Source of the DNA: Lama guanicoe
Lineage: Eukaryota
Length of the DNA stretch: 64,000 bases
Direction: 5' to 3'
Assembly (NCBI GenBank): GCA_013239625.1
Contig: MU054323.1
Span: forward strand, 2,232,001 to 2,296,000
Shown here: piece by piece, positions 24,393 through 36,559 of the stretch
Position numbering within the stretch: position 1 is the stretch's first letter
How the letters are laid out: every line of letters begins with the position of its first letter
Translations under genes and position numbers: made by a program
The notes under the pieces: model-generated
Told to the model about the DNA's origin: nothing
The model's database searches: none
What the model saw: the letters and a program-made list of their open reading frames with translations, nothing else

Positions 24393-26759
24393 AAGTTTGA
24401 TATTATCTTTTTATCTGTATTCTCGGTCACTAATTTTTGTCATCTTTAACCTTCTGTTTAACCTATCCATTTTATTTTCAATTTTAATCATTATAGTTTT
24501 CATTTCTAATGTGCTATTTACATCTTTTAAAATATTCTTACACTTAAAAATATTTATTACTTGTTCATATTTTGATGCTTCTCCTTTATTTCTTCAAAGT
24601 AAACATAGTGATACATTCTCTGGGATTTACAATACCTGATCTATGTAACAACCTGACTCCCCTGTATTTAACTCAAGGTGCTTGGACTCTTTGTGTTTTT
24701 CTTTTTTCCAGTGAGTTGTTCATTTTCTTTGGAACTTTATCTGTGGGAATTCTTTGAGGCCTGGGTTGAATTAGTATTCCTCCAGAAATGCTTTGTGTTT
24801 GCCTCTGCCAGTTTCCTGGGGGCACCACTGACCTAGGACCACTTTAAATTAAATTGTCCACTTGAGATCTTTCAGACCTCACAGGTGGCGTAAATTTGGA
24901 TGGCAAACCTGTGAAGGGTCTGTTGTGATTATAATATCTCAGGGGAGATTTTTTTCCTTCCACTAGTGCCAATGTGGAGATTGGAAAGTTTCCTGGATCT
25001 TCTATTTTTGGCAGTCAGTTTATTTCTTATTCAACCTTCTAAAAGGGCACAGCCCATTGGGATTCGAGCATGATGCAGGGATCTCCTGATAGACTACCCA
25101 CCTGGGAGCAGGCCCTTATCATTTCCTCTTACCCTCTCAACCCTATGCAGTTTTGAGATGGAATCTCAAACTATCTAGGGTAAAAGAACCCTTTATATTC
25201 CAGAAGTTGAAAAAGTTTGCCTTCTTCCTTTTCCTTCTTCAGGTACCTTGGGCAAGTTGAAGTGGGCAGGTGGGGGGGGGGCAACTTTATGTTAAGAATA
25301 GTTAGACACCTTCTACTCATTTCATTTACGTATGATACTACTTAATGCTTCTGGCCGCAGATCATTATGGGAATACAACAACATAGTGAATTTCATTCGT
25401 CTGGTCTTAACTTCCCCTAAAATAGGGGCAGGATCTTAAGTTTGTATTTCCTCAACCTTCCTGCATAGTTCATATCTTCTTTTTTGCACATAGCAGCTTC
25501 CCACTGAGTATCCAATGAGATATTCAACTAACTACATTAATACTAACATGATCACTAATCTAATCTGTTAAAATGTGAAAAATAAATTAGTAGATGTCTT
25601 GGATTTAGCTAATAGTTGGTATGTGTTAGTTTGATCATGTATTATCTATTTGGGCACCTCCAACTGATTTCAGAGAAATCAAATTCAGTTTCATGACTCT
25701 GAAGTTTAGAATGTTAAACTTCCCAGAATCAAACCTCCCTCTGATTTCCCATTCTCAGCCATCTACATGGATAGTAGATGGAATTAAAACTAGATAATCA
25801 AGTGGAAGAGATTTAAGATGTGTGTTTTGAGAATGTTCCCAGACCTGTCGCTGTGGTTGACACCCACAGATATTGTTCATACCCGAAGTCATACTGAGAA
25901 CATGATGGAAGCCCTCCTCAGGGCAGCGCTGAAGCCCAGCGAAGGGGCTGTGGTCAATTCCAGTGTGATTCTTCATCATTCCAAGGTCAGACCTGTCAGG
26001 CTTTCCATAAGTCATGGGTTAGTCATGTACTTGGGACTGAGGCAGCCCTCCAGCCCTCCCCTCTGAGAAGCCCTCTGGCTCAGGCCTTCTGTCACTTTTC
26101 TTCAGCAGACAGTCAGGGGGGCTCCCTCTACCCCTGCTCACTCTTCTCCAGCTTGATTTCAGGCCCCAGTAGATGCCTTGACCCCTGTGTTGACCCCCTT
26201 TCTCTATCCTGACAACTTTTACAACTGCCAAATTTCTCCGGGTGAACCTCAAAATAAAAATTATAGATTTAAAGAAACAACATTTTGGAGTCATTGTAGA
26301 TAATGTCTATGGTGTTACTCACAATTCGTGTTATTTCAGAAGGAAGGGAGGAAATGGACCCTCAAAAACTACTTCTAACACTGTTTCTTTTTATTGGCTG
26401 CTATCTCTAAAAGCTCTGATTTATTAATAGTCTCTCTACTCATCTATTTAGTATCTTCAGGGATGATGCTGTTTTCCTCTTTCCAGCCTTCCTGGGGGAT
26501 GAATCCTTTTTTCTTTTTTTTCAATCTTTATTTCTTATTAAATCTGGGAAACTTCTTTTTCACTCAGTCCAAACCACTGCATCCCATTCTATTTCACTGC
26601 ATGCTAGTAAAATGAGAAAAATGTTTCTTCTGGCCAGTGAAGTGTTCCAATGGCTTCCTCAAAGACAGACCCCAGTACGTAAATCAATTTCTGGGCAGTT
26701 TGTTTTCAAGGCCCTTAGCCTCTTTGTCACATTCACAACCCCTGCTTTTTGTTTAAACT

Positions 26760-27025
26760 CAGCATAATTAGGTGGAATTAGCTAACCTGGGTTTGGGAGC
26801 CTGTGCTCTATGTTTAATTTCCTATTCTGCCTTTAATCCAACTGTGTAGTCTTGGTCAGATTACTTATCTACTTATTTCCATAGTAAAGTTATCTGTTAA
26901 ATGTGTAAATTAGTATCTACCTTATACAGTAGTTGTGAGCAATGGAGATTAATTGTCTAATCTAGACCAGTGCCTTATACATGGGAGGGACTCAATAAAT
27001 GTTAACTATTATTACTATTATTGTT
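26760..27025 (+). mobile_element. MIR SINE, near full length
   Basis: CTGTGTAGTCTTGGTCAGATTACTTA...ATCTGTTAAATG...TAGTATCTACCTTATACAGTAGTTGTGAG...CTCAATAAATGTTAACTATTATT. Confidence 0.8.
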
Positions 27026-27379
27026 ATTCATTTATTTATTCAGTGAACATTAATTGTGTGATTGCAATTGTGGCAATGGTGATAACTCACGATTATAGTA
27101 ACTTGGATTTGCCCCAGAGCTCTGGCCAAAGTACTCACCGCTCTGAAGGGAGGGTGGGTCTCTAATGTAGTCAGATGCCTTGAAGTTCAGAGCTAAGTGA
27201 CCATGAAGCTTCTCTTTTTTAAAACGCCATGACCCTCCAACCTCAGACCCAGGAAGGAATTCCTGTGCAGTTAGTCTCCCTCGTGCATGGCTTCTGAGGC
27301 TCTTAGGCCAGTGTGTCTGGGAAAGTTTCAGGCTGGAGGCATCAAGGAGTATTAATGTGCAGATGTAGGATCTGTCAAG

Positions 27380-28700
27380 AATACGAGCTGTGGTGCAACA
27401 AAAACCACCTGCGTGGCTTGTGATGTTTTTGAAACAGAGTGCCGGAAAGAAGGGGCCCAGGGCCAAGAAAGGAAAACGGAGCCGTGGGTTTGTGTGCAGC
27501 TCGGCGCACAGGCCCGAGAGCAGGAGGAGGAGGGACACTTGCCGCTGTGCTGCCGCGGCCCCGCCCCCACCGCTGATTTTCGGTGTCGCGTTTTTTATGA
27601 CTGATGGGCCATGTGAGAGGGAGCATGCTGGGTTTCCTTCTGTGCACGCAGAGAAGGGACTAGAAGACGTCTGTGTCTCCCTTAAAGCTTAGAGAGTGGG
27701 TTATCCCAAGGAGTGACTGCCCCAGACCCTTTACATCAGAATATAATAGGAGGTTTCCAAAGAGTTAACACAAAGCTGTCTTGTGAGTGGCCAGGATCTG
27801 GGTTGCGTGCCCCTCGGACCTCGGGGATCATAAATCTGGAAGGAAGGCAGTTAGCCTCCCAGTTAGAACACCAGCATCCACCATCTCCCACTACTTTTCT
27901 GAGCTTGCCAAAAACGCAGCAAGGACCCTGCCACAGGTTGGGAGCAGAGCCACTGCAAACAGGCCGCCTTGTGCCCACCAGTGGCCCTGCTCCTGTGGGA
28001 CAGAAAAGGCGCCGCTGACTGGTTGGCTGGGCTGTCCTGTTTCCCGGCTGAGAGGGAGCCTTTGCCAAAGCAGGCCTCGTGGCTCTCCTGATTGTTTTTC
28101 AGAGCCGTGAGTTAAAACTAGTTTTTCTGTTCCTAATTTATGCCACGAGAGCCTTGACTGCAACTTAATTGGGAGTTCCAGAATGGTAGAGAAATAGCTA
28201 CCGAGGTACGCGGCGCTGGCAGAAACCTGGAGTCAGAAACTGCAATTCCAAAAGCTTCAGAGAAGTGATTTGCTGAATGAAGGGTGATCCTAACAAAATC
28301 ATTTCCCACCGAGTGGCACAGAAAGAAGTCCAGCAATGTTGGGAGCGCGGAGATGTTGTGGACATTATCCAGGCTGAGGGGAACAATTTCCAGACCAGCT
28401 TTCCCACCTACAGTGCTATCAACATGCATTCGCCCGACACTCCCACATTTCCTTCACATCCCTCTAGGCCTCCGCGGGACTCTCCGTAGCCTTCTGTGTT
28501 CTGCCCACAGCAAGGGCAGCCCCACCTGACTCCCCGCATTGGTTGATGAAAACCCACATGGACAGGAGAGAAGGAGCAGGGTCAGGGGTGTAGACAACAC
28601 CTGGAGGAGAAGAGAAAACTCCAAAACCTGTGATTGGAGTGACGAGTTGAAGATAGCTCCGACTCCGGAGTATTTAGCCTGGAAGTGAGTGCCTTGATGG
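27380..28700 (+). promoter_or_regulatory. CpG-enriched promoter-like region
   Basis: About 14 CpG in 27441-27590 against a CpG-poor background. GC box CCCCGCCCCC at 27559-27568 and further CpG clusters at about 28005-28210 and 28430-28670. No recognisable repeats. Donor-like GTGAGT at 28107 and 28685. Confidence 0.55.
28511..28684 (+). other. Candidate non-coding (5' UTR or lncRNA) exon
   Basis: Acceptor CCTTCTGTGTTCTGCCCACAG| and donor GAA|GTGAGT. The 174 nt have stops in all three frames. No transcript evidence is available. Confidence 0.3.
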
Positions 28701-29529
28701 AGAGATGCATTAAATTTTTATTTTTCTTGAGAAGAGTAAATGTGGAACTCCTGGGAGAATACAAAATGCAGCTATGAAGAAAAACTATTTGTTGGCCTAA
28801 GTGGAATGTTTGCTTTTACTAGGAAAGAGATAACAAAAACTAGGGTTTTTTTTTCCCCTGGAATATACTAGTTTTAAATGATATTGATTATAATAAAATT
28901 TCATTCATATCTCATAGAAACTCTGTAAAGCAGGCAGATAAGATGATTTTATGTCTGTTTTGGTGGGGAGGGGATTGGAATGCTCACAACCAAAAGTAGG
29001 ATCAGCAGGGTTGGGTTCTCACCCCCATTTTCTGAACACAGATCTATTTTTTTTTTTCCATTTGAGCTCACTTTTGTTTTTATTTACCTAGGTGCCTAAG
29101 CCCAAGACCTTCCTAAAATGAAACATAATGAAAGGCATATTTTATTAATACATTTATTTAAGATAACACAACATATTGCCTGTGTGTATATGTGTGTGCA
29201 CGTGTATGTGTGTGCATATGTGTTTAGTGTCCACATAACGTGACTTGGCTTTCAGGAAGACCTCTATCATCATTTTTGAGTAAAGAGGCACTATGTAAGT
29301 TTATAAATATCTCATCTGCTTGAAAGGAAGTAGAATTTAAAAGAATATCTGATTTCCAAATAATGTTCTTTTCGGTTTTGTTCTCGTTATTTCAGTAAAT
29401 GGGGATTAAAAGCTAAAGTAAGAATGGTCTCAAATTATTGTTATCTGTTACCACTGAGAGTAGTTTGCTCTTGAGTAACTATTGTTATTTCGATGTAGGT
29501 CCTTGCTTTACACTGACTAGCTGTGTGGC

Positions 29530-30290
29530 CAGAGCAATTCAATAGGCATTTACTGGGTACCTGCTGGGTGTGTTTCAGGCAGCATGTTAAACCCTGGAGT
29601 TGTGGCAACATTTACTTATCCATTTCTCTGGTTAGTTTCCGTGGGGTTGGATTCTAACGTACCAGATGTTTTTCTATGCTACCTACTTGTATTAGTCAGG
29701 ATAGCCTCAGTTATAGTGTGGTAACAAACAACCCCCAAGTCTCAACAGCTATCACAAGGAAGTTTGTTTTGTCCCCACACAAAATTCACTAAAGGTCGAG
29801 ATGATTCTACAAAGGTATCTTCTGAATGGTACCTTCATGATTCAGTATATTCCAGTTTTTATCATTTCAATATGAGACTTCCACAGTAACAAGTAGTGAA
29901 ACAAATCCATTGATACTTCAGGCTTTCTCTTCTAAGCTTTGTCTGTAAGCAAAACACATCTGTTCTCACAGACCCTTGGCCATTATCACATGGCTGCACT
30001 TAACTGAGAAGGCATCTAGGAAGTAAAGTCTACCTTCTATCCAGGAACAAGAAGACACATTGATGTCAGGAGCCACTAGTAAGCAGTATCACACTGTGTC
30101 TGTATTTGAGAGACCAAGCAAGAGGTTGTAGATAATCACCAGCAGCAGCATACAGTAAGAACCAAATGACCAAAAAGAGCTGGGCAGAGGTGGTCAGGGA
30201 GGCAGAGCAGAGCTGGGCCCTGAACCATGAACAGGAGCTGGAGAAGAGGAAGGGGAGCTCCTGATAGGAGGGAGGCTCAGAGTGGTTCTC
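29530..30290 (-). mobile_element. L2 fragment split by an MLT1 LTR
   Basis: ATTCAATAGGCATTTACTGGGTACCTGCT (antisense L2 tail) before the LTR. GGTGGTCAGGGAGGC...GAGCTGGGCCCTGAA after it. Confidence 0.55.
29688..30092 (-). mobile_element. MLT1 (MLT1J/K-like) solo LTR
   Basis: TGTATTAGTCAGGATAGCCTCAGTTATAGTGTGGTAACAAACAACCCCCAAGTCTCA start, CCTTGGCCATTATCACATGGC internally, and an ...ATCACA end. Confidence 0.8.
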
Positions 30291-30614
30291 AGAGAAAGGA
30301 ACAAAGCAGGTGAGGTCTCCTCAGGCCCACTCCAGGTGGGTGACTCAGCATGGACTGTGCCTTAATAGTGCTAAAGTATATAAGCAAAATAAATTGAGAA
30401 GTGGAAGTAAGCCAGAGAAGAGCAAAAGCCCTGCGTGGAGAGGCATTTGTGTAAGACTTGTGTATACATGGTTTTCCTGGGAAAATTTTGATGCACCATC
30501 TCTAGGGCATTACTGAAAAGTATTCCCAGGAAGCTGGGGGAGGGGGCAGGTGCCAAGGGCTGCATCAGCCATCGATCTGTTTAGCTAACTCTTAAAGAAT
30601 CTCAGCTTCCTTTT

Positions 30615-31225
30615 TAAAATATTTTAAGTCAGTTTTATTGGAGTATAAGTTACATCCAATAAAATGGAGGCTTTTTTTCTGAGTAGAATACTATGATTTT
30701 TAATAAAAGCATACAGTTGTGTAACCACCAGCACGAAGAAGACAGTGAACATTTGTATCACCTGGAAAAGTTTCCTTCTGCTCTTCTGTATTCAGTATAC
30801 TTTCTCTATATCCAGCCTCTGGGTACCACAGCTTTGATTTTTGTCCTGTAATTTTGCCTTTTCTGGAATATTATATAATGGAAACATACAGCCTATAGCT
30901 TTTCTGAGTATGGCTTCTGGCATTTAGCTTAATGCATTTGTGATCCATGCTGTTACATGCATCAGTAATTCATTTCATTTTATTGCTAAATACTGTTTCA
31001 TTCCATGGATGTTCCAGTTTGTTTACTCATTCACCCATTGAAGGACATTTGGGTTGTTTCCAGTTTGGGACAATTATGAATAAAGCTGCAATAAACTTTC
31101 CCATCCAGATTTTTATATGAACATATATTTTCATTTCTCTTGGGTAAATACCTAGGAGAGGGATTGCTAGGTCAAACGGTAAGTGTGTTTAACTTTATAA
31201 GAAATTGCCAAACACTTCCAAAGCG
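30615..31225 (-). mobile_element. L1MB/L1ME1-like 3' end
   Basis: TTTTATTGGAGTATAAGTTACA...GTGTAACCACCA...GAAGGACATTTGGGTTGTTTCCAGTTTGGGACAATTATGAATAAAGCTGC...GGGTAAATACCTAGGAG. Confidence 0.9.
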
Positions 31226-31519
31226 TCTCAGCTCCCCTCTTAATTCCAGCTGCTCCTTGCTTTCATGATGCACTGGGGAAGTTTTTAAAGGTAATGACGA
31301 TATTTAATCCTCATATATTCACAAATTTCACAATTTACAAAGCATTTTTCCACCCATTGTTTTAGGTGATCCTTGTAGCATCCAGAGTAAGAATGATGCC
31401 AAGAGAGCTGAGCTAGGCTCTTCCAAACTCAGATAAATCCTTCAGCTTTCCAGGGCCTCAGTTCCTTGATTTCAATAATGGGAATGATCTTCATAGGGGA
31501 CATTGTGGGGATAATTGTA

Positions 31520-31735
31520 AGAACTTGGATTTTAATGTCAGTCTTGTGTTTAAATCCTAGTATGACAACTCACTCTCTGCAATATCAGCAAATTACTTAC
31601 TAAGCCTACGTGAGGTTCATGGAAAACTGGCATCATAATAACTGCTTCATGGGGCTATTTTGATTAAATGAGATATATGTGAAGCACTTAATAGACTGCT
31701 CACTGCAGAGTGAGTGCTTCATAAAAAAAGTCGTT
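31520..31735 (+). mobile_element. MIR SINE (another MIR piece lies at about 31400-31510)
   Basis: CAAATTACTTACTAAGCCT...ATAATAACTGCTTCATGGGGCTATT...GATTAAATGAGATATATGTGAAGCACTTA. Confidence 0.7.
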
Positions 31736-31958
31736 GCTAATGTCGACAGCATTGCTGTGATCAAGACGGTATGCCTGAAAGTGCCACGCAAATTGCAAAG
31801 CATTATATGAAAGTGAACCATTTAGCATGTAATAAAATTAGAATTCAAATTATTCAGTATTAGCGATACTTTCAGCCATATCACTTCTAATGTGCCTGAA
31901 TTTTAAGCCCAGAACTCTATCTGAATCACCATGTGGCCTCTTTAAAATCTTTAAAGGG

Positions 31959-32033
31959 GAGGAAGAGTATAGCTCAGCGGTAGATTGCATGCTTAGCATG
32001 CAGGAGGTCCTGGGCTCAAGCCCTAGTACCTCC

Positions 32034-32079
<46 letters not shown>

Positions 32080-32085
32080 AAAATA
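31959..32085 (+). mobile_element. tRNA-Ala(AGC)-derived SINE (camelid Vic-1 type, short form) with A42 tail and TSD
   Basis: GAGTATAGCTCAGCGGTAGATTGCATGCTTAGCATGCAGGAGGTCCTGGGCTCAAGCCCTAGTACCTCCA carries an A box, the AGC anticodon loop and a degenerate B box. Poly(A) at 32037-32078. 15-bp TSD AAAATCTTTAAAGGG at 31944-31958 and 32086-32100. Confidence 0.9.
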
Positions 32086-32624
32086 AAAATCTTTAAAGGG
32101 ATTGTTAAAAAAAGGTATCCTGTGAATCCAGACTGCAAATCTATAGCACCGTGCCCATTTTTTGTTTTTTGTTTGTTTGTTTGTTTGTTTTGTCTTTGCT
32201 GCCTGTGGTCTCAGAACACCTTCATTAAGGTAGGGTCTGATGACCATGGAGGAAGAGAATTCATTCTTACGGCCACAATGCACCTAAAAGGAAGCTATCT
32301 AGGGATCCCTGGCCTAAGGTATTTTGGGGGCCATTATTGGAGCTCTGTCCTTCAAGATATCTGGGCTGCTCTTCGTCTGCCAAAGGCCTGCAGGGAGTGT
32401 GGCATTATAGTTATCAAGGCCACCTGAGGGACCCTGTGGCGTTGAGTAAGGCTTTATGAGGTACACAGACTGGTTTGTGTACTTTCCCAGAAGTGGCTCT
32501 ACGTGTGTGTACACATTCGGGGCTCAGATGCCACCGGGCCTGCTGGGCTGGTTGCTATGTGGTTAATGACAGTAACCGTGGGGCACATTGTGCTCTTCAT
32601 TATCTGGTCACGAATAGCTGCTTG

Positions 32625-34590
32625 TTTTAACATTTCATTTTGGAATAACTTAAAGCTAATAGAAAACTTCCTAAACTAGTACTAAAAACTTTCTATATAT
32701 CGTTTACCAAAATTCACCGATTTTTAACATTTTGCCACATTTGTTTTGCCACAATCTCTCTCCTCCCCATATCTCTCTTTCTCCATATGCGAGTGTGTGT
32801 TTGTGGTGTGTGTACACGCATGTGCATAGTTTGTAATTTTTCCCAACCGTTAGAGAGTAGTTTACATACGTCATGCTCCATTACCTTTTAAGACTTTTGC
32901 GTGCATTTTCTCAGAAAATTGATATTCTCCTATGTAACCACTGTATAGTTATCAAATTTAGAAAATGTACCGCTGATGCAAAATTTGTATTAAACCTGCA
33001 TTTCATACTCTGCTTTTGTCAATTGTTCCAATCATGCCCTTAATAGCATTTTTCCTTCCATTTATGGGATCAAGTATAGGGTCACATATTACATTTAGCT
33101 GTCATGTCTCTTTAGTTTCCTTTAATCTGTAACAGTTTCTCAGCCTTGCTATGCCTTTCATGTGATTGACATTTTTGAAGACTGCAGAATAATTATTTTA
33201 CAGAATGTCTTCATTCAGGGTTTGTCTGATATTTCCTCATGATTATATTCTGGTTATGCATCTCCTGTGGGAATACTGCAAAAGTGAGGCTGTGTCCTTA
33301 TCAGGATATCACATTCAGAAACCTACCACATTTATCTGCTCTTATTGCTGATGCTAATTTTGATCACTGGTCAAATGGTTGTTCAGTTTCTTTTCTTACG
33401 GTTGTTATCTTCTCTTTGCAATTAATAAGCTTTCTCTGCTAGACTTAGCACTCATTTATGATTCTTGTCTAAACCCATGTTTACTGTGATGATTACACCA
33501 CTTCATTCACATTTATCAGTTGACATTCTGTTATGAGGAAAAGCCCCACTTCCTTACCTATCTATGTATCCTCTGTCATCTATCAATCTTAATATAGATT
33601 CATGAATTCATATTTTAATCAATGAGTTACAATCCATTACCCTCCTTATTTATTTTGATGCCAGTAGGAGGCCCTTCAAGTTGCCTCCCATGTCTTTTTG
33701 ACATTCTCTCTGTATCCTTTAGAGAAATTCATTACTTTCTTTTAAAGTAAGATATTTATTTCTGGTTTATCTTTGGCTTTTTTCACTCCATCCTGAAATC
33801 AGTTATTTTTCCAAGGATCTTTTTCCCTTCTACCAAGGAATGGTATTGAGAAAGCCAAGATCCAGATGCTAGATGTGCTCATTGCTACTGGAGTGTCACT
33901 GCTTCTAAGCACTTTAAGCAGACAGAGCTGGGGGGAAAACTATGTATATATCTTTAGAAATCATTAATTCATACCAGTACTTTCAAGTGCCACTCTACAT
34001 CACATGATTCTTCCCTGCCTTCCCTCAATCCATATTTCGACCTTCCTTCTTCGACAGTGAGAATCTCGACTCCCAATTACATTAACGTATTTTCAGTTCT
34101 CAATTCCACATTACATAAAAATTACTTTTATAATTACTAGACCCAAAATACTATGAAAAAGTTAAAAACCTACTTGGAAGAGTTCAAGACTTGTTTGCAG
34201 TTCTGTTTCCTCCAGACAGAAGTTATATGTTCAGAGTATTGTGTTCTGCAGTCACTGGTGTTAGTTCTGTTTTTCCCTTCAGTGTGATTATTTTATTCAT
34301 TTGTAAATACAGTAGACTTACTTGTTTCTCTTTACATTTAGTTTGAGTTTTTTCCCACCATCTTTATTAACTTTATTTTTGAGTACATAGAACATTACTA
34401 ATCTTCCATAAGTTCAAACTCTATAAAATTCTATACTCAGGGGAGTGTTCCTCCTACTGTAGCAAAACAAGTTTATGCTTTATGTTAATCCTTCTCATGT
34501 TTCCTTATGAAAAATAATCAGATTTATATGTATTTTCTTTTTAGCACAAAAGTTAGCATGATATATACTCTTTTCACTACTTTTTTTTTT
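32625..34590 (-). mobile_element. L1MC (L1MC4/5-like) long 3' UTR
   Basis: TTTTAACATTTTGCCACATTTG; GATATTCTCCTATGTAACCACTGTATAGTTATCAAATTTAGAAAAT; CATTTAGCTGTCATGTCTCTTTAGTTTCCTTTAATCTG; AAGATCCAGATGCTAGATGTGCTCATTGCTACTGGAGTGTCACTGCTTCTA. Confidence 0.85.
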
Positions 34591-34839
34591 ACAAAGATTC
34601 AATATGATAATAGATAAAATCCTGCCCTCTGCCTTGTTCTTGCTGCAGATTTATAACACTTCCATGTAGTGGCAAAGAAGATGCTTCTGAAGTACCCCAA
34701 GGCTCAGCACAGAATTGGCACCCTACACAGATCGTTGGCTAGATGTTTAATTGATCTGGTAATTGAAGGGAATGAAGCGATGGCACTGAAATATAACTAA
34801 GTGCGTACTGGGCTGTTTAACAACGTTTCTGTGTATCCA

Positions 34840-35325
34840 GTCACCATCAGACTGAAGTCTGAACTCCTCATCTCGGCATACACAGCCTTTAGAATACTTT
34901 CCCCAGTTCCTTCTTCTTTTACTTGTCCACGTAGACTCTTAAGCGGCTGAAAACCATGAGGTACTTGGTCCTCATTCTAACACACTCTTTCAGACTTTGA
35001 AGAATTTGAAATTCCATTTTAGATGTTTAGGATTCTCTTTCTACCTCTTTTGCCTGGTTAACATTTAACCATCCTTCTTTACCTAACTTAACTTGTCACC
35101 TTCTCTAGGAAGCCCTCCTTAAACTACTCTGGCAGATATTATTTCTCTAATAGTGCTTGATACACATCTCAAATATAGCACATATTGACCTGTATTGTAA
35201 TACTTGGTTTACTTTTATGTCTCCCCGATGAGATTTTGAGTTCCCTGAGAGTTAAGACCCTTATTACTCTCCCATGATTGACACAGTGCCTGCTGAAAGT
35301 ATTTTTAACTGATGAGTGAAATTGA
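34840..35325 (+). mobile_element. L2 3' fragment
   Basis: AAGTCTGAACTCCTCATCTCGGCATAC...TGTCACCTTCTCTAGGAAGCCCTCCTT...TGTCTCCCC...TGAGTTCCCTGAGAG...CACAGTGCCTG. Confidence 0.75.
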
Positions 35326-36559
35326 TGAGACTTCTCCTGCTGGGATCTTGGCCTGTTTTACGTGTCTGATGAGTGGTCTACATGAAATTATCTGTATAGG
35401 ATCCTTACATCACTAACATTTTGAGATACTACAAAGCAATGTGGTTTTTTTTTTTTTTTTTTTTGGCTCCTTGACCAAATTCCTCACTGACAGGAAGGGG
35501 GCGCCATTTAACAGCCTGTGAAGAAAGAAAGTTTGCTTTTGTAACCGTTCTTAGCCTTTCTGTAAGAGATGGTATTACTATTCTAGGTGAAATTGAAATT
35601 TATTTTATATTCCTCTCTGAGATGTCAGTTTACTTAGCTTTTGACATTTAAATTGAGAATGAAGCTAAAGACCCCTTATCTAAGCTCCATTGTAAATGTG
35701 TGCATAGCATTAATTATTCTTATAAATACTGGGTAGATTTGTGAAAGGTAAGAATGTTGATGAGGAAAAGGAATAACAGTTGATGACTCCTTATGTTATT
35801 AAAATTTGTTAGTACATATTATACATATGAATGTGAAAATGTGGATATTACAGTACAACATCTGGAACTGTGGGAGGTGTTTCTTTGAATAAAAATTGAC
35901 ACCAAAGTGCATTTTATAATGCCTGTTTCTATTAGGATAAGCAGTGACAGCAGAAAAAAGCATTTCTGTCTGTTTCTTATGTCGCCAACAGTAAATGCTT
36001 TGTATTAAGGCTAAGCCCACATTTCAGGGACTTTGTGCCTGAAACGATGCAGAACCCAGAGTCTGTGGAGGTCCCTTGGGATCACACATTGCTCCGAGGT
36101 CCAAACAATCAGAATGCTCAAGCTGTCTTATTTAAAGGAGGGTCTTGGTAGAAGCCTTTCCATGCAGCCTGCTCCTACTTTCTTGGTTTTCTATCTAAGT
36201 TGCTTTAACTGCCTGGGCCCAGCCCCACAAGGCATAAATAGAGCTTGTTATTATAAGAGGCAACCTCAAGCCACTCTCTAGTGCAGTTACATAAATAAGA
36301 CCAGGGCCGGCTTGGAAGGGGTGTAAATCTCTGGCTAAAATGAGAGAAGAGGGAACCATTCACTTTAAACCACAGTTAACATGCTGACTGCGTTTCCAAA
36401 TAAACTTTTATCTCTTAAGACTGATTGCCAGTAACGGTTATAAAAATGAACATGAGAATGTGGCCAAGGAAGCAATGACTACACCTTTCTAGATTCTTCA
36501 AGGCTGTCTTCATGGGCATGTTACCAGGAGCAAGGTGGAAGCGGCTCTGGGTCCTGAGT

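Larger units (their letters stand above)
23370..25170 (-). mobile_element. Old L1ME-like ORF1/5' region, host to MER5B and a micro-L1
   Basis: Antisense ORF1-like DNA (TTTATTTTACCCTTCTTCTTGAAAGAT; TTTCTTGGATCTGAGAGTTGGTG; GGAAAACTCTCA...ATCTTTAAATATT). L1ME 5'-region block CCTGGGGGCACCACTGACCTAGGACCACTTTAAATTAAATT. Confidence 0.7.

Noticed and set aside
27050..28764. Cluster of overlapping 60-162 aa ORFs on both strands
   Set aside because: This is expected where GC content rises and stop codons become rare. There is no recognisable domain and the frames are mutually incompatible.
31959..32034. Functional tRNA-Ala(AGC) gene (also 61424-61497)
   Set aside because: The T-loop/B box and stems are mutated, and a poly(A) tail with TSDs replaces a T-run terminator. 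These are SINEs.
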